The notes: a model not told the origin generated them from the letters alone. Positions 32,408 through 43,439 are shown, numbered from the stretch's first letter. The stretch is 64,000 nucleotides of DNA from Oscillospiraceae bacterium (GCA_031550725.1 JAVBOH010000006.1:56763-120762), one strand, 5' to 3'. Program-made: numbers and translations.

Positions 32408-33367
32408 ATGACACCATTTAAACTTAAACCTGCATTTAAAGATTATATCTGGGGCGGAACTCGTTTGCGTGATGATTATAACAAGGATTGTGATTTTACA
32501 AAGGTCGCTGAAAGCTGGGAGCTTTCCTGTCATAAGGATGGCAATTCCGTTGTAGATGGCGGTGAGTTTGACGGATTGACACTTGCTGAATACATTGAGA
32601 AAAGTGGCAAAGGTGTTCTTGGCACAAACTGTAATAAATTTGATAATTTCCCTATCCTTATAAAACTTATTGATGCTAAGGACAATCTTTCTGTTCAGGT
32701 TCATCCTGAAAATGAATACGCCTTGCGTGTCGAGGGCGAATATGGCAAAACTGAAATGTGGTATATCGTCGATTGTGATGAGGGCGCTGAGCTTTTATAT
32801 GGCTTTAAAAAGGATATTTCAAAAGAAGAATTTGCACAGAGAATTGCAAATAATACCTTACTTGAAGTTACAAATGCTGTTCCTGTCAAAAAAGGGGACG
32901 TATTTTTTATTGAGGCTGGAACACTTCATGCAATAGGCAAAGGTATTTTAATTGCTGAAATTCAGCAGAATTCAAATACAACTTATCGCATTTATGATTA
33001 TGGACGTGTTGGAAACGACGGCAAGCCTCGTGAGCTTCATGTCGACAAGGCTGTTGATGTTACTAAGCTTTCTCCTGCAAAGCCATCCCCTGTAAGTGAT
33101 AGTTATACAGAAAACGGTGCTGTGAAAAGACTTCTTTCAAAATGTGATTATTTCACTGTGTATTCTGTTGATATTGATGAAGCTGCTGAATTTGTGGCTG
33201 ATGATACCTCATTTGAAAGTCTGCTCATTTTAGATGGCAACGTTATAATTTCTTGTGGTGAACATAAAATTCCAGCATCAAAAGGAGATAGTATTTTTAT
33301 TCCTGCGAACACTGGAAAATATACTGTTGATGGTAAATGTAATGCTGTTTTGACATGTATTGATTAA
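32408..33367 (+). CDS. manA: mannose-6-phosphate isomerase, class I
   Basis: MTPFKLKPAFKDYIWGG.. and zinc-ligand motifs QVHP, HAIGKG; AGGA SD. Confidence 0.88.
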   Translation: MTPFKLKPAFKDYIWGGTRLRDDYNKDCDFTKVAESWELSCHKDGNSVVDGGEFDGLTLAEYIEKSGKGVLGTNCNKFDNFPILIKLIDAKDNLSVQVHPENEYALRVEGEYGKTEMWYIVDCDEGAELLYGFKKDISKEEFAQRIANNTLLEVTNAVPVKKGDVFFIEAGTLHAIGKGILIAEIQQNSNTTYRIYDYGRVGNDGKPRELHVDKAVDVTKLSPAKPSPVSDSYTENGAVKRLLSKCDYFTVYSVDIDEAAEFVADDTSFESLLILDGNVIISCGEHKIPASKGDSIFIPANTGKYTVDGKCNAVLTCID

Positions 33368-33475
33368 TCCACATAATTATGCGTGTTGGTAATAATAATG
33401 CGGCGGAGCGACGGTGCCACAGCATTGGCGTCGCTCACTACAATACATATAAAAAATTAAAGAGGAGAATTGTTA

Positions 33476-34422
33476 TGAAATATTATATCGGTATTGACCT
33501 TGGCGGAACTAACATTAAAGCAGGCGTTGTAAATGAAAATTATGAGATTATAGGTAAGGCAACTACTAAAACTGCTTGTCCTCGTCCTGCATCAGAAATT
33601 GCTGACGACATGGCGAAAATCAGCATTAAGGCTTGTGAGGATGCAGGCATTACTATCAATGACATTGAGTGGATTGGCATTGGTACTCCTGGTATTGCTG
33701 ATAATATTCATGGTACTATACCTTACTCAAATAACTTAGGTTTCAAGGATGTTCCAATAAGAGAATATATTCAGAAAACTATCGATAAGCCTGTTTATGT
33801 TGCTAATGATGCTAATGCTGCTGCATATGGTGAGTTTGTTACAGGCTCTGCTATGGGGGCTGTTGATGCTGTTTGCATTACACTTGGTACTGGTGTTGGT
33901 GCTGGTGTTATTATTGACGGCAAAATCTTCACTGGTCGTAATCTTGCTGGTACTGAAATCGGTCATATGGTTATTGAAGCTGATGGCCCTCAGTGTACTT
34001 GCGGACGTAAGGGCTGCTTTGAGGTGTTCTCATCTGCGACTGGTCTTGTTAACATGACAAAACAAGCAATAGAAGAAAACCCTGACAGCATTATGTGTGA
34101 ATATGCTAAGAACGGACATATTTCTGCTCGTCATGCTTTTGATGCTATGCGTGCTGGTGATAAATCAGGGAAAATGGTTGTTGATAAATACATAAAATAC
34201 CTTGCAATTGGTATAACTAATGTTATAAATACTTTCCAGCCTGATGTTCTTTGCATTGGCGGTGGTGTTTGCAATGAGGGTGATCCTTTGCTTGTTCCAC
34301 TAAAAGAACTTGTTGCTAAGGAAGTTTATACTCGTATGCTAACACAGAACACTAAGATTACTGTTGCAAAGCTTGGAAATGATGCAGGTATTATTGGAGC
34401 TGCTTTCCTTGGTAATTCATAA
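33476..34422 (+). CDS. glcK: ROK-family glucokinase
   Basis: MKYYIGIDLGGTNIK, ROK CxCGxxGC zinc motif (CTCGRKGC); GAGGAG SD. Confidence 0.88.
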
Positions 34423-34425
34423 GTC

Positions 34426-35001
34426 ATGAGTGTATTTGATTTTTTAGATGCAAGTTCATTAGGTGATATATCAGATGTTGACGAATTTATGAAAGAATGT
34501 GAAAAATACAAATCACTTAAGCAATCAGACATTGACAATATTCCTGATGAAAAGCTTGTTACTGCTGTAACATCATGGGTTGAGGGTAAATTTGATGAAG
34601 ATTGGTCTAATATGGGTCATGTCATCAATGAAATTAACACCCCTGCACAAAACGTTTACTGCTGTGATTATATGCTGAAAGAATTTTTTAGTGGTGGGTT
34701 TAATCAGTCATTTTTCAATACATCCGCTGATTTCATCGGTATTTCTGCAATTTGCTTTCGAACTATTGGTGAAATTAACTGTGCTGAAACAATCGAATAT
34801 ATTGTAGAGGAATATAAGAAACGTAAGGAAACACTACCAAAGTCGGATGTTAATTCAAGTCTTGATATGTTTCTTGACTCATATCAAAACAATCCGCTTT
34901 CTGACTTAGATGAAAAATTCAAGAGTGTATTTAACGAAAAGATTTATAACGAAAAAATTATCACATATATACGAACTAAAAAGCAATATTTCGGTGATTG
35001 A
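34426..35001 (+). CDS. hypothetical acidic cytoplasmic protein (possibly DUF4375/DMP19-like)
   Basis: 191-aa ORF starting 4 bp after the glcK stop; no recognisable catalytic motif. Confidence 0.55.
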   Translation: MSVFDFLDASSLGDISDVDEFMKECEKYKSLKQSDIDNIPDEKLVTAVTSWVEGKFDEDWSNMGHVINEINTPAQNVYCCDYMLKEFFSGGFNQSFFNTSADFIGISAICFRTIGEINCAETIEYIVEEYKKRKETLPKSDVNSSLDMFLDSYQNNPLSDLDEKFKSVFNEKIYNEKIITYIRTKKQYFGD

Positions 35002-35031
35002 TAAAATTAGTTTTTAAGGAGATTTATCATA

Positions 35032-35277
35032 ATGGAACTATTTGATAAAATTAGCAAGGTTGCAAATGATGTTAAGGACAGTGATGCTGCAAACAGCGTA
35101 AAGAAAGCTATCAATGAAAACCTTGATGATAATGTTGGTGCTGATGTTAAAAAGGTTATGAATGAAAAAATCACAAGTGAAAAAGCTGATAAGGTGAAGA
35201 AAGTCGTTAACGAAAAATTACCTGACGATATTGGAAAAACTATAAAGGATGCTATTAATAAAAATGAAAAGAAATAA
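35032..35277 (+). CDS. small repeat protein (81 aa) of ~20-aa amphipathic repeats
   Basis: GGAG SD; repeats ..SVKKAINENLDDNVGADVKKVMNEKITSEKADKVKKVVNEKLPDD..; N-terminus MELFDKISKVANDV shared with the next gene. Confidence 0.6.
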   Translation: MELFDKISKVANDVKDSDAANSVKKAINENLDDNVGADVKKVMNEKITSEKADKVKKVVNEKLPDDIGKTIKDAINKNEKK

Positions 35278-35303
35278 AATTTTGATTTAAGGAGAAATGA
35301 TTA

Positions 35304-36089
35304 ATGGGTCTTTTCGATAAGCTTACTAAACTTGCAGGAGATGTTTTAAACAGTGAAGTTGGTAACAGTATTAAGAAAGCATTCAATGATAATTTATCAC
35401 CTGAAAGTGCTGAAAAAATTCAACAAGCTTTAAACGATAATATACCTGTTGGTGCTAAAAATACATTAAAAAATGTTTTTGGTGATGATAGTACTAATAC
35501 TGCAAATTCTTCTAATAGTTCTGTAAACATCAGTGGTATTACTAGACTTCCCACTGAAAAAATTGATAGAACAATTTCTACTGGAAAAGCTATCGAGAGA
35601 ACTGGCGAATTTTTATATTATTCCAATAACTCTAAAGATTTGTATGAAGTATCATTTATGATAAGCAAGGACTTTGTACTTAATGATTTCAGCAATACAG
35701 GTGTTGAGATTGGACTAGTTTATGGTCCTGACAAAGAAGATTATGGTTATGACTACAAAATCGATTCTAGTTACCTTTATAACAATCCAATAATTAATTT
35801 TGGTGGTGATAGTTATCATTTTGAAATTCTATGTGGTAAACCATATCACCAAAACTGTACTATTTGTGATATTGAAGATGAATACTATGCGGCTAAAACC
35901 ACATACACAACTAGTGATACTATAAATATGACATATTTCTGGCGTGTTGCTCCTGATGAAGAAAAACTTGACTGGGTTGTTCTTGAACTTACGTATCCTC
36001 TAAAATATATAAATACTGAATTTGAAAAAGAAATATTAACTTCTTATTTAGAAGCTATTGCTACTTTTAAAGCAAAAAGAATTAAATAA
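35304..36089 (+). CDS. hypothetical protein sharing the N-terminal module of the upstream small protein, with a unique C-terminal domain
   Basis: GGAG SD; [31 protein letters not shown] parallels MELFDKISKVANDVKDSDAANSVKKAINENL. Confidence 0.6.
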   Translation: MGLFDKLTKLAGDVLNSEVGNSIKKAFNDNLSPESAEKIQQALNDNIPVGAKNTLKNVFGDDSTNTANSSNSSVNISGITRLPTEKIDRTISTGKAIERTGEFLYYSNNSKDLYEVSFMISKDFVLNDFSNTGVEIGLVYGPDKEDYGYDYKIDSSYLYNNPIINFGGDSYHFEILCGKPYHQNCTICDIEDEYYAAKTTYTTSDTINMTYFWRVAPDEEKLDWVVLELTYPLKYINTEFEKEILTSYLEAIATFKAKRIK

Positions 36090-36106
36090 AATTAGGAGAT
36101 TTTAAA

Positions 36107-37768
36107 ATGTATAGTAATTCAATAAAAGAAGGTGCAAATAACGCACCACACAGGGCTTTATACCATGCATTAGGGCTTACAAATGAGGAAATTTCACGTC
36201 CGCTAATTGGTATTGTAAGCTCATATAACGAAATTGTTCCAGGTCACATAAATATCGACAAGATTGTTGAAGCAGTTAAAATGGGTGTTGCTATGGCTGG
36301 CGGTACTCCTATCGTGTTCCCTGCTATCGCTGTTTGTGATGGTATTGCAATGGGACATCGTGGCATGAAATACTCACTTGTAACTCGTGACCTTATCGCT
36401 GACTCAACTGAGGCTATGACACTTGCTCATGGCTTTGATGCGCTCGTTATGGTACCTAACTGTGATAAAAATGTACCTGGGCTTTTGATGGCTGCAGCAC
36501 GTCTAAACATACCTACAATTTTTGTAAGTGGAGGGCCTATGCTTGCAGGTAAGGTTGATGGCAAAAAAACATCATTTTCTAGTATTTCCGAGGCTGTTGG
36601 TGAATTTGCTGCTGGTAAGATTACTGCTGAAAAGCTTGAGGAATATGAGAAAAAAGGTTGTCCAACTTGTGGCTCTTGCTCAGGTATGTATACTGCTAAC
36701 TCTATGAACTGCCTTACTGAAGTACTTGGCATGGGACTTCGTGGCAATGGTACTGTTCCTGCTGTTTATTCACAGCGTATTGAGCTTGCTAAGTATGCTG
36801 GTATGAAGATTATGGAACTGCTTGAAAAGGATATTAAACCGCTTGATATCATGACTGAAGATGCATTTACAAATGCCTTGACTGTTGATATGGCAATTGG
36901 ATGTTCTACAAACAGTATGCTCCACCTCCCTGCTATTGCTAACGAATGTGGTATCAGCATTAACCTTGATATTGCTAATGATATCAGCGCTAAAACCCCT
37001 AACCTTTGTCATCTTGCTCCTGCTGGTCACACTTATATCGAAGAGCTTGACGAAGCAGGCGGTGTTTATGCTGTTATGAATGAGCTTTCTAAGAAAAATC
37101 TTATTAAAACTGACGTTATGACTTGCACAGGCAAAACTGTTGGTGAAAATATCGCCAACGCTTATAACAAAGATACTGACGTTATTCGTCCAATTGAAAA
37201 TCCATACTCTGTTACCGGTGGCATTGCAGTTTTACGTGGAAATTTAGCTGCTGATGGCTGCGTTGTCAAACGCAGTGCTGTATGTGATGAGATGCTTGTA
37301 CACTCTGGTCCTGCAAGAGTTTTTGACTGTGAAGAAGATGCAATGGCTGCTATCACAGGCGGTAAGATTGTAGCTGGTGATGTTGTTGTAATTCGTTATG
37401 AAGGCCCTAAGGGTGGTCCTGGCATGCGTGAAATGCTCAATCCAACATCTGCTATTATGGGTATGGGTCTTGGTTCACAGGTTGCTCTTATTACTGATGG
37501 TCGTTTCAGCGGTGCCACTCGTGGTGCTGCTATCGGACACGTTTCTCCTGAAGCTGCTGTTTGCGGTGTAATCGGTATTGTTAATGAGGGTGATATTATT
37601 TCTATAAACATCCCTGAAAACACCATTAAGCTTGATGTTCCACAGGATGAAATTGAAAGACGTCTTGCAGCATTTACACCAAAAACTAAGGAGCTTAAGG
37701 GTTATTTGAAGCGTTATGCAAGCATGGTTACATCCGGTGCACAGGGTGCTATTTTAAAGGATGAATGA
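36107..37768 (+). CDS. ilvD: dihydroxy-acid dehydratase
   Basis: IlvD/EDD N-terminus, Fe-S ligand Cys motifs ([17 protein letters not shown]). Confidence 0.93.
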   Translation: MYSNSIKEGANNAPHRALYHALGLTNEEISRPLIGIVSSYNEIVPGHINIDKIVEAVKMGVAMAGGTPIVFPAIAVCDGIAMGHRGMKYSLVTRDLIADSTEAMTLAHGFDALVMVPNCDKNVPGLLMAAARLNIPTIFVSGGPMLAGKVDGKKTSFSSISEAVGEFAAGKITAEKLEEYEKKGCPTCGSCSGMYTANSMNCLTEVLGMGLRGNGTVPAVYSQRIELAKYAGMKIMELLEKDIKPLDIMTEDAFTNALTVDMAIGCSTNSMLHLPAIANECGISINLDIANDISAKTPNLCHLAPAGHTYIEELDEAGGVYAVMNELSKKNLIKTDVMTCTGKTVGENIANAYNKDTDVIRPIENPYSVTGGIAVLRGNLAADGCVVKRSAVCDEMLVHSGPARVFDCEEDAMAAITGGKIVAGDVVVIRYEGPKGGPGMREMLNPTSAIMGMGLGSQVALITDGRFSGATRGAAIGHVSPEAAVCGVIGIVNEGDIISINIPENTIKLDVPQDEIERRLAAFTPKTKELKGYLKRYASMVTSGAQGAILKDE

Positions 37769-38268
37769 GTATGAGTGTAAATAAAAAAACAAATTCTGCT
37801 GGCAGAAATATTGCAAGAATTGTTTTTATTTTGATGGCAATTATTTTTCTTGGTATTTTTTCTATTAGTATATATCTTGGCGGACAGATGAAAACAATTA
37901 ATAAGTTTTATACCGCTTTGGAACGTAATGATATAAAATCATGTTTAGCTTGTTATGCAGAGCAGTCAAAAAATAGTTTTTTTCTTCCTAGTGATGAATT
38001 GTTTAGATTTGAAACTCCAGTACCAGAAGAGGAGTTTTCAAGATATCAAAACAACATTAGGCTAGCACTTGATATACCTGATGATAAAAACTTTTTTGTC
38101 AAAACTAAATTTGTTAGTCGTCAAAGTATCGATAAAAATGAATACCATATTATAGTTAAAACTACTTTTTATAATGATGCAGATTATTATATCGAGGATC
38201 ATTGCTTTTCTATGAAATTTGAGCAAGGTAAGTGGCTTATTGAATGGATGGGTACAGTGTATTATTGA
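37765..38268 (+). CDS. hypothetical membrane-anchored protein, paralogue of the next gene
   Basis: ATGA overlap with the ilvD stop; single N-terminal TM then ..[22 protein letters not shown].. and C-terminal GKWLIEW. Confidence 0.55.
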   Translation: MSMSVNKKTNSAGRNIARIVFILMAIIFLGIFSISIYLGGQMKTINKFYTALERNDIKSCLACYAEQSKNSFFLPSDELFRFETPVPEEEFSRYQNNIRLALDIPDDKNFFVKTKFVSRQSIDKNEYHIIVKTTFYNDADYYIEDHCFSMKFEQGKWLIEWMGTVYY

Positions 38269-38310
38269 TTAGTTTAACATTAAGTTATTATTGACATCTT
38301 GAGGTGAAGT

Positions 38311-38790
38311 ATGGAAGTTTGGGATTTGGGTACTAATAAAAGGTTTATTATTATTTTTGTTATCGTTGGATTTATTATTTTGTTTGTAGTAGCAATGATA
38401 TTTAATTATTATCATGGTCAGGTTAAAACATTAGATAAATACTACACTTCAATTATTTCAAACGATGACAAAGCTTATAAATCATGTTTTACTACTCCAT
38501 TTTATGCTTATGATAACGTATCCTATGCACAGTATAATATTTGCAATAAGTTTGAGCTTATCCCAGATGATGTTAAATCTTTTGAATACACTGGTGAAGA
38601 TTATAGTTCACAGATTTCTATAAAAACTAAAATTTTAAGTCGTGATGTGTATGAGTATAGCAAAAAATTCATAAAAGTTGACTCTTATTATGTAAAAGCT
38701 AAAGTTACCTATTCATTGGATAAGGAAAAACTAACAATAGAAGAATATTTTTATATGCAATATAAAAATGGAGAATGGTTAATTTTTTGA
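38311..38790 (+). CDS. hypothetical membrane-anchored protein, paralogue of the previous gene
   Basis: Same architecture: TM then ..KTLDKYYTSIISNDDKAYKSCF.. and C-terminal NGEWLIF. Confidence 0.55.
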   Translation: MEVWDLGTNKRFIIIFVIVGFIILFVVAMIFNYYHGQVKTLDKYYTSIISNDDKAYKSCFTTPFYAYDNVSYAQYNICNKFELIPDDVKSFEYTGEDYSSQISIKTKILSRDVYEYSKKFIKVDSYYVKAKVTYSLDKEKLTIEEYFYMQYKNGEWLIF

Positions 38791-38796
38791 TCAATA

Positions 38797-38828
38797 CTAT
38801 ACTATAAAAAGCTGGTGTCTAAACATCA
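38797..38828 (+). terminator. rho-independent terminator
   Basis: AAGCTGGTG..CATCAGCTT hairpin followed by T6. Confidence 0.55.
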
Positions 38829-38863
38829 GCTTTTTTCATATACTAAAATAATACAAATAAAAA

Positions 38864-38900
38864 CTGCACATGAACCAAATCATGTGCAGTAATTTTTAAG
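38864..38900. terminator. bidirectional terminator (also serves the minus-strand ABC operon)
   Basis: CTGCACATGA-ACCAAA-TCATGTGCAG with T/A runs on both sides. Confidence 0.6.
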
Positions 38901-38944
38901 AAAAGTTAAAGTAAAATATGCTATAATCCTACCAGTAAACCAAA

Positions 38945-39814
38945 TTAACCCTTAACAGCACCAACAGTAACACCGCTGATGATGTACTTTGAAAGAATAA
39001 GATAAATTATAATAACTGGAAGAATTGAAATCATTATTAGCAAGTAAACCTGACCCATATCAAACTTTAGGAAGTCAGCACTTCTTAGCTGTGCAATAAG
39101 GATTGGAAGTGTTTTCAAGTTCTTCTTTGAAAGAATCAAAGCTGGAATGAAGTAGTTGTTCCAACCAGCAACAAATGTAAATATTGCTTGTACAGCAAAT
39201 GCAGGCTTCATAATAGGTAAAATAATTGAGTTGAATATCTTCAATTCATTACATCCATCAATACGTGCAGCTTCAACTATTTCAAGTGGAAGTGAACTTT
39301 CCATATACTGCTTCATGAAGAAGAAAGTAACAGGAGCAGCGATTGTAGGAAGAATTAGAGGCCAGAATGTATCTAGCATATGTAGCTTATCAACCAATTT
39401 TAAGAAACCAAGTGCAGATACCTGAGATGGTACCATCATGATAACCATAATAAATGTGAAAGCAGCTTTTTTTAGTCTGAAATCATAAACATGGATACCA
39501 TATGCAGTAAATGCCGAGAAATAAACAGAAAGTGCAGCAGAACAACCTGCAACAATAAAACTGTTAAACATACCTCTGAAAACTGGGATTACATCGTTTG
39601 AAAGAACATTTGAAAAGTTCCCAAAGAACGATGAACCAATCATCAGAGAGAAACCAGACTGAATTTGTACATGTGATCTTGTAGAATAAACGACAAGAAT
39701 ATAGAATGGGAAAATAGAAATTACAGCCAAAAGAATCAAAACAAAGTAAGCAATTACACGACGTACTGTTAATAATGTTTTGTTAGTCTGACCAGCATAA
39801 TCTATTGTACTCAT
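38945..39814 (-). CDS. carbohydrate ABC transporter permease (MalG-like)
   Basis: 6 TM segments, EAA loop (EAARIDGCNELKIF). Confidence 0.88.
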   Translation of the reverse strand: MSTIDYAGQTNKTLLTVRRVIAYFVLILLAVISIFPFYILVVYSTRSHVQIQSGFSLMIGSSFFGNFSNVLSNDVIPVFRGMFNSFIVAGCSAALSVYFSAFTAYGIHVYDFRLKKAAFTFIMVIMMVPSQVSALGFLKLVDKLHMLDTFWPLILPTIAAPVTFFFMKQYMESSLPLEIVEAARIDGCNELKIFNSIILPIMKPAFAVQAIFTFVAGWNNYFIPALILSKKNLKTLPILIAQLRSADFLKFDMGQVYLLIMISILPVIIIYLILSKYIISGVTVGAVKG

Positions 39815-40773
39815 AGTAAGCTAGCCCCCTTTGCTTTTTTATGTTTTTTAGTCTTAGCCGCATCTTTGTCACGTCCAAGATAGAATACAATTAAGCTTAG
39901 GATAGCAGCAACAATAAACAGAAGTACAGAAACAGCACCAGCCATACCATAATTCTTACTGTACAAGTGATTCTGTAAGTACATAATAAGAGTCATAGTA
40001 GTTCTGTTAGGAGTACCCTTACCATTAGTGATGATAGAAGGAATATCGTACATCTGTAAACCACCGATTAAGGAGGTAATAATAACATAAACAAGTAGAG
40101 GTCTGATTAGTGGAATTGTAATTGTCCAGAAAGTCTGTGTAGGATTAGCACCATCAATCTGTGCAGCCTCGAACAATGATGTATCGATACCCATAATTGC
40201 AGCCATAAGCATGATAGTTGTATTTCCGTACCACATAAGGAAGTTGATAAATGCAATAATTATACGAGTTGAATTAGTACCCTCAAAGAAACGGAATGGT
40301 TCAGTTAAGATATTAGCACCAACAAGGAAATCATTTACAGGACCAACTTGAGAGAAAAGTGCAAAGAAAAGCATAGAAATCGCAGCAGCCATTATCAAGT
40401 TTGGAAGATAAATAACTACTTTAAAGAATCCAGTTGCTTTTAATTTTAATCTTAAATCTGTAAACCATGACGCCAAAAGCAATGATATAAACACCTGTGG
40501 AATAAAACCAATTATCCAAATAACAAATGTATTTGTTAGATATTTTATCATATCACTTCCAGATGCCAAGATTGTTTGATAGTTGTCAAATCCAATAAAA
40601 GTAGGACCAATCTGAGTAAGTCCATCCTTATAATTTTCAAAAAAGCTGTTATAAAATGTATTAAACAAAGGAATAAATGAAAATACCGCATAAATTACGA
40701 AAAATGGCAGAATGAAAACATAACCCCATTTTGCATAACTTATGGATTTTCTACGGGTTGAAGGAGCAGCCAT
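39811..40773 (-). CDS. carbohydrate ABC transporter permease (MalF-like)
   Basis: 6 TM segments, EAA loop (EAAQIDGANPTQTF); 4-bp overlap with the downstream permease. Confidence 0.88.
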   Translation of the reverse strand: MAAPSTRRKSISYAKWGYVFILPFFVIYAVFSFIPLFNTFYNSFFENYKDGLTQIGPTFIGFDNYQTILASGSDMIKYLTNTFVIWIIGFIPQVFISLLLASWFTDLRLKLKATGFFKVVIYLPNLIMAAAISMLFFALFSQVGPVNDFLVGANILTEPFRFFEGTNSTRIIIAFINFLMWYGNTTIMLMAAIMGIDTSLFEAAQIDGANPTQTFWTITIPLIRPLLVYVIITSLIGGLQMYDIPSIITNGKGTPNRTTMTLIMYLQNHLYSKNYGMAGAVSVLLFIVAAILSLIVFYLGRDKDAAKTKKHKKAKGASLL

Positions 40774-40924
40774 ATTATATCACCGTTATATAAAAGCTAC
40801 AATAGCACTTATACCCTTTCGATCTAAAAAATTCAGAAAACGTTTAAAATATGCATTCTAAACAAATTTGTTCCACAACACATTGCCAACTTAGCAATAA
40901 TAAACAAGTGTATATGTATAAAAA

Positions 40925-40951
40925 TACGGAACGGGCTATGCCCGCCCCGTA
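40925..40951 (-). terminator. intra-operon terminator/attenuator between the SBP and permease genes
   Basis: Minus-strand ACGGGGCGGGC-AUA-GCCCGUUCCGU stem (with G-U pairs) followed by AUUUUUAU. Confidence 0.6.
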
Positions 40952-40985
40952 TAATCATACGAAAATTAAATTGTCTTACAACAAA

Positions 40986-42365
40986 TTAATATGAAAGTGC
41001 AGGATACTTTTCAGTAGCATCATTATAGAAGTTCTGAAGAGCTGTGTCCTTGTCAACTGCACCATTGAAGTAGTCGTGCATTGCAAGCTGGAAGGATTCG
41101 TTTAGACCCTGGTCATAAGCGGACATTGTGCCCTTCATGCTAATGCTGTCAGCAGACTTAGCAAGTACAGCAATGTGGTTCATGCCTAGGAATTCGTTCT
41201 GATAAGAAGCATCAGCAGCGATTTCGTCCATAGCACCCTTATTGTTTGTAAAGTCAGCCTTTTCTCTAGTAACCTTTACAAGGTTATCCTTGTTCATTGT
41301 GCAATCCTTCATGATCTTAGCAACAAGAGCAGCATTATCTGTACCCTTAGCAGCAGTCAACCAAGTACCACCCCAGTTAAAGCCCTGAGGACCCTCAGTT
41401 ACACCCCAGTCGCCGTAAACAGCGCCGTTACCAGTCATTGTGAAGTCGATGAACCATCCTGGGCCAAAGTATGCAAATACCTTACCAGTTTCGTTCATGT
41501 CTGCACCCCAGTCACCACTCCAAAGAAGAGTCTTGTTGTTGTAACCGTTATCTGTGAAGTCCTTAGTCTGATCAACCCACTTCATTAGGTTGTCATCGAT
41601 AACAATCTTCTTGTCAGCGTTAACCCAAGGAGCAGTAACGTTGTTAGAGAATACACGGTAAGAATCATCGTAACCAGAAAGCATGAAGTAGCCAGCAGCC
41701 TTCATGTCAGCAGCAGTTGCGTTGAAAGCATCCCAAGTAGCAACCTTAGCCTGTACTGTAGCCTGCTCAGCATCGCCGAACAACTCAGTTGCGATTGATC
41801 TTCTATAGATCAAAGCACCAGGACAACCCTGCCATGAAACACCCTTAAGAACGCCAGCATCGTTAGTAACAACATCCTTAGTGTAACCATACATATCAGC
41901 AGTATCAGCAGAAGTGATACCAGGAAGTGAGTAAATGTCAAGAGTATAATCAGTGTTGATATACTTAAGAGCATAGTCAGCTTCGATTAGGAACATATCG
42001 ATTAGATCGTCACCAGTAGCAGAAGCCTGCTTCTCTAGATCTTCATCAAGCTTGTTCTGGTATGCGTTACCTTCGTTAGGTGTGATAACCCAGTCAATCT
42101 TAACGCCGTCAATTTCAGAAGAAGAACCATAAATAAGTTCCAATCTCTCCTTGAACTCTTCGTTCCAAGCACAAATCTTAAGTGTGCCACCAGCTAGATC
42201 ATCAGTTGTAGCAGGAGCATCAGTTGTTGCAGCATCAGTTGTTGCAGCGTCGCTACCAGCAGCAGTAGTGTCTTCAGCAGGCTTGTCAGAGTCACATCCT
42301 GCAAGCATAGTTCCAGCTAGTGCCATTGCAGAAAGTAATGCGATATTTTTCTTTAAATTCTTCAT
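40986..42365 (-). CDS. ABC transporter extracellular solute-binding lipoprotein (carbohydrate family)
   Basis: Lipobox LAGC after the signal peptide, T/A/D-rich linker, SBP_bac_1-like body. Confidence 0.85.
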   Translation of the reverse strand: MKNLKKNIALLSAMALAGTMLAGCDSDKPAEDTTAAGSDAATTDAATTDAPATTDDLAGGTLKICAWNEEFKERLELIYGSSSEIDGVKIDWVITPNEGNAYQNKLDEDLEKQASATGDDLIDMFLIEADYALKYINTDYTLDIYSLPGITSADTADMYGYTKDVVTNDAGVLKGVSWQGCPGALIYRRSIATELFGDAEQATVQAKVATWDAFNATAADMKAAGYFMLSGYDDSYRVFSNNVTAPWVNADKKIVIDDNLMKWVDQTKDFTDNGYNNKTLLWSGDWGADMNETGKVFAYFGPGWFIDFTMTGNGAVYGDWGVTEGPQGFNWGGTWLTAAKGTDNAALVAKIMKDCTMNKDNLVKVTREKADFTNNKGAMDEIAADASYQNEFLGMNHIAVLAKSADSISMKGTMSAYDQGLNESFQLAMHDYFNGAVDKDTALQNFYNDATEKYPALSY

Positions 42366-42425
42366 TGGGATTTTTCCTCCTTAAAAATATATTATATTAT
42401 TTTTAATATAATAGCTTGTTTATCA

Positions 42426-43439
42426 TCAGTTAATATCCTTAACCGATGAACCTTCTAAGAGTTCACCATTCACAATTATTGGTTCTGCGTCTGATGTAAT
42501 CTCTTTTCTGATCAGTCTGATTAACTGCTTAGCAGCTTCAGTACCTATCTTCTCTGTGTCCTGCCTGAAGGTCGTCAGCTTCGGGTTAAGTACCTGAGAA
42601 AGAACTATACCGTCATATCCAACAATTGAAATATCGTCTGGAACCGATAAACCCAATTTTTCAAATGCATTCATTGCTCCAATAGCCGAAAAGTCATCGG
42701 ATAAAATTATGCACGTTGGCGGGTCATCCAGCTTTACAAGCTGTGTTGCCAGTATTTCTGTGGACTTCGGGTCATGATACTGTCCTTGCAGTAGATAATC
42801 ACTTCTGACCTCTATATTCAGGCTTTTCAATGTATCCTCAAAGCTCTTTAATCGAGTTGATGTTACACTTGAAATATCGCCATAAATATACGCAATTTTC
42901 CTGTGTCCTTTTTGATACACATGCTCTGTTAAAATTTTAATACCTAAGGAATTATCTGATATTACCGAAGGATTTCCAACTGACGTATAATCAATCGTTA
43001 TTGTAGGTACTGAACTCTTTAAAAGCTCGCTTACACCCAAATCCTCGTAGTCATCAACATTGGCTACAATTACACCATCAACATTTCTGCATATACAATG
43101 CTCGTAAAATGTCATTGTGTTATCACCAATATTATGGCTTATAAACGTAATATCATACCCATTCTTCTCAGCTTCAACCTTGAAACTGTTCAGAACAGCA
43201 GCGAAATAGCTGTGCGTTAATCCTGAATTCGCTCTTTCTGCAAAAAGCACGCCCAAGTTATATGTACGGTTTGTTTTCAATGCCCTCGCTTGAGTATTAG
43301 GTAAATAACCCATCTCTTTTGCAGTCTTGCAGATTAATGATTTTGTTCCGTCGCTGACATCCTTATGATTATTCAGCGCTTTGCTTACAGTTGCAATTGA
43401 TACTCCGCACTTCGAGGCAATATCCTTGATGGAAACCAT
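42426..43439 (-). CDS. LacI-family transcriptional regulator
   Basis: N-terminal HTH MVSIKDIASKCGVSIATVSKALN, periplasmic-binding-like C-terminal domain. Confidence 0.88.
   Translation of the reverse strand: MVSIKDIASKCGVSIATVSKALNNHKDVSDGTKSLICKTAKEMGYLPNTQARALKTNRTYNLGVLFAERANSGLTHSYFAAVLNSFKVEAEKNGYDITFISHNIGDNTMTFYEHCICRNVDGVIVANVDDYEDLGVSELLKSSVPTITIDYTSVGNPSVISDNSLGIKILTEHVYQKGHRKIAYIYGDISSVTSTRLKSFEDTLKSLNIEVRSDYLLQGQYHDPKSTEILATQLVKLDDPPTCIILSDDFSAIGAMNAFEKLGLSVPDDISIVGYDGIVLSQVLNPKLTTFRQDTEKIGTEAAKQLIRLIRKEITSDAEPIIVNGELLEGSSVKDIN

Noticed and set aside
42392-42413. AT palindrome ATTATATTAttttTAATATAAT as the LacI-family operator
   Set aside because: LacI-family operators usually have a CG-centred TGnnAnCGnTnnCA pattern. 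This AT-only palindrome more likely reflects the -10/UP region of the SBP promoter. Left as a minor note.
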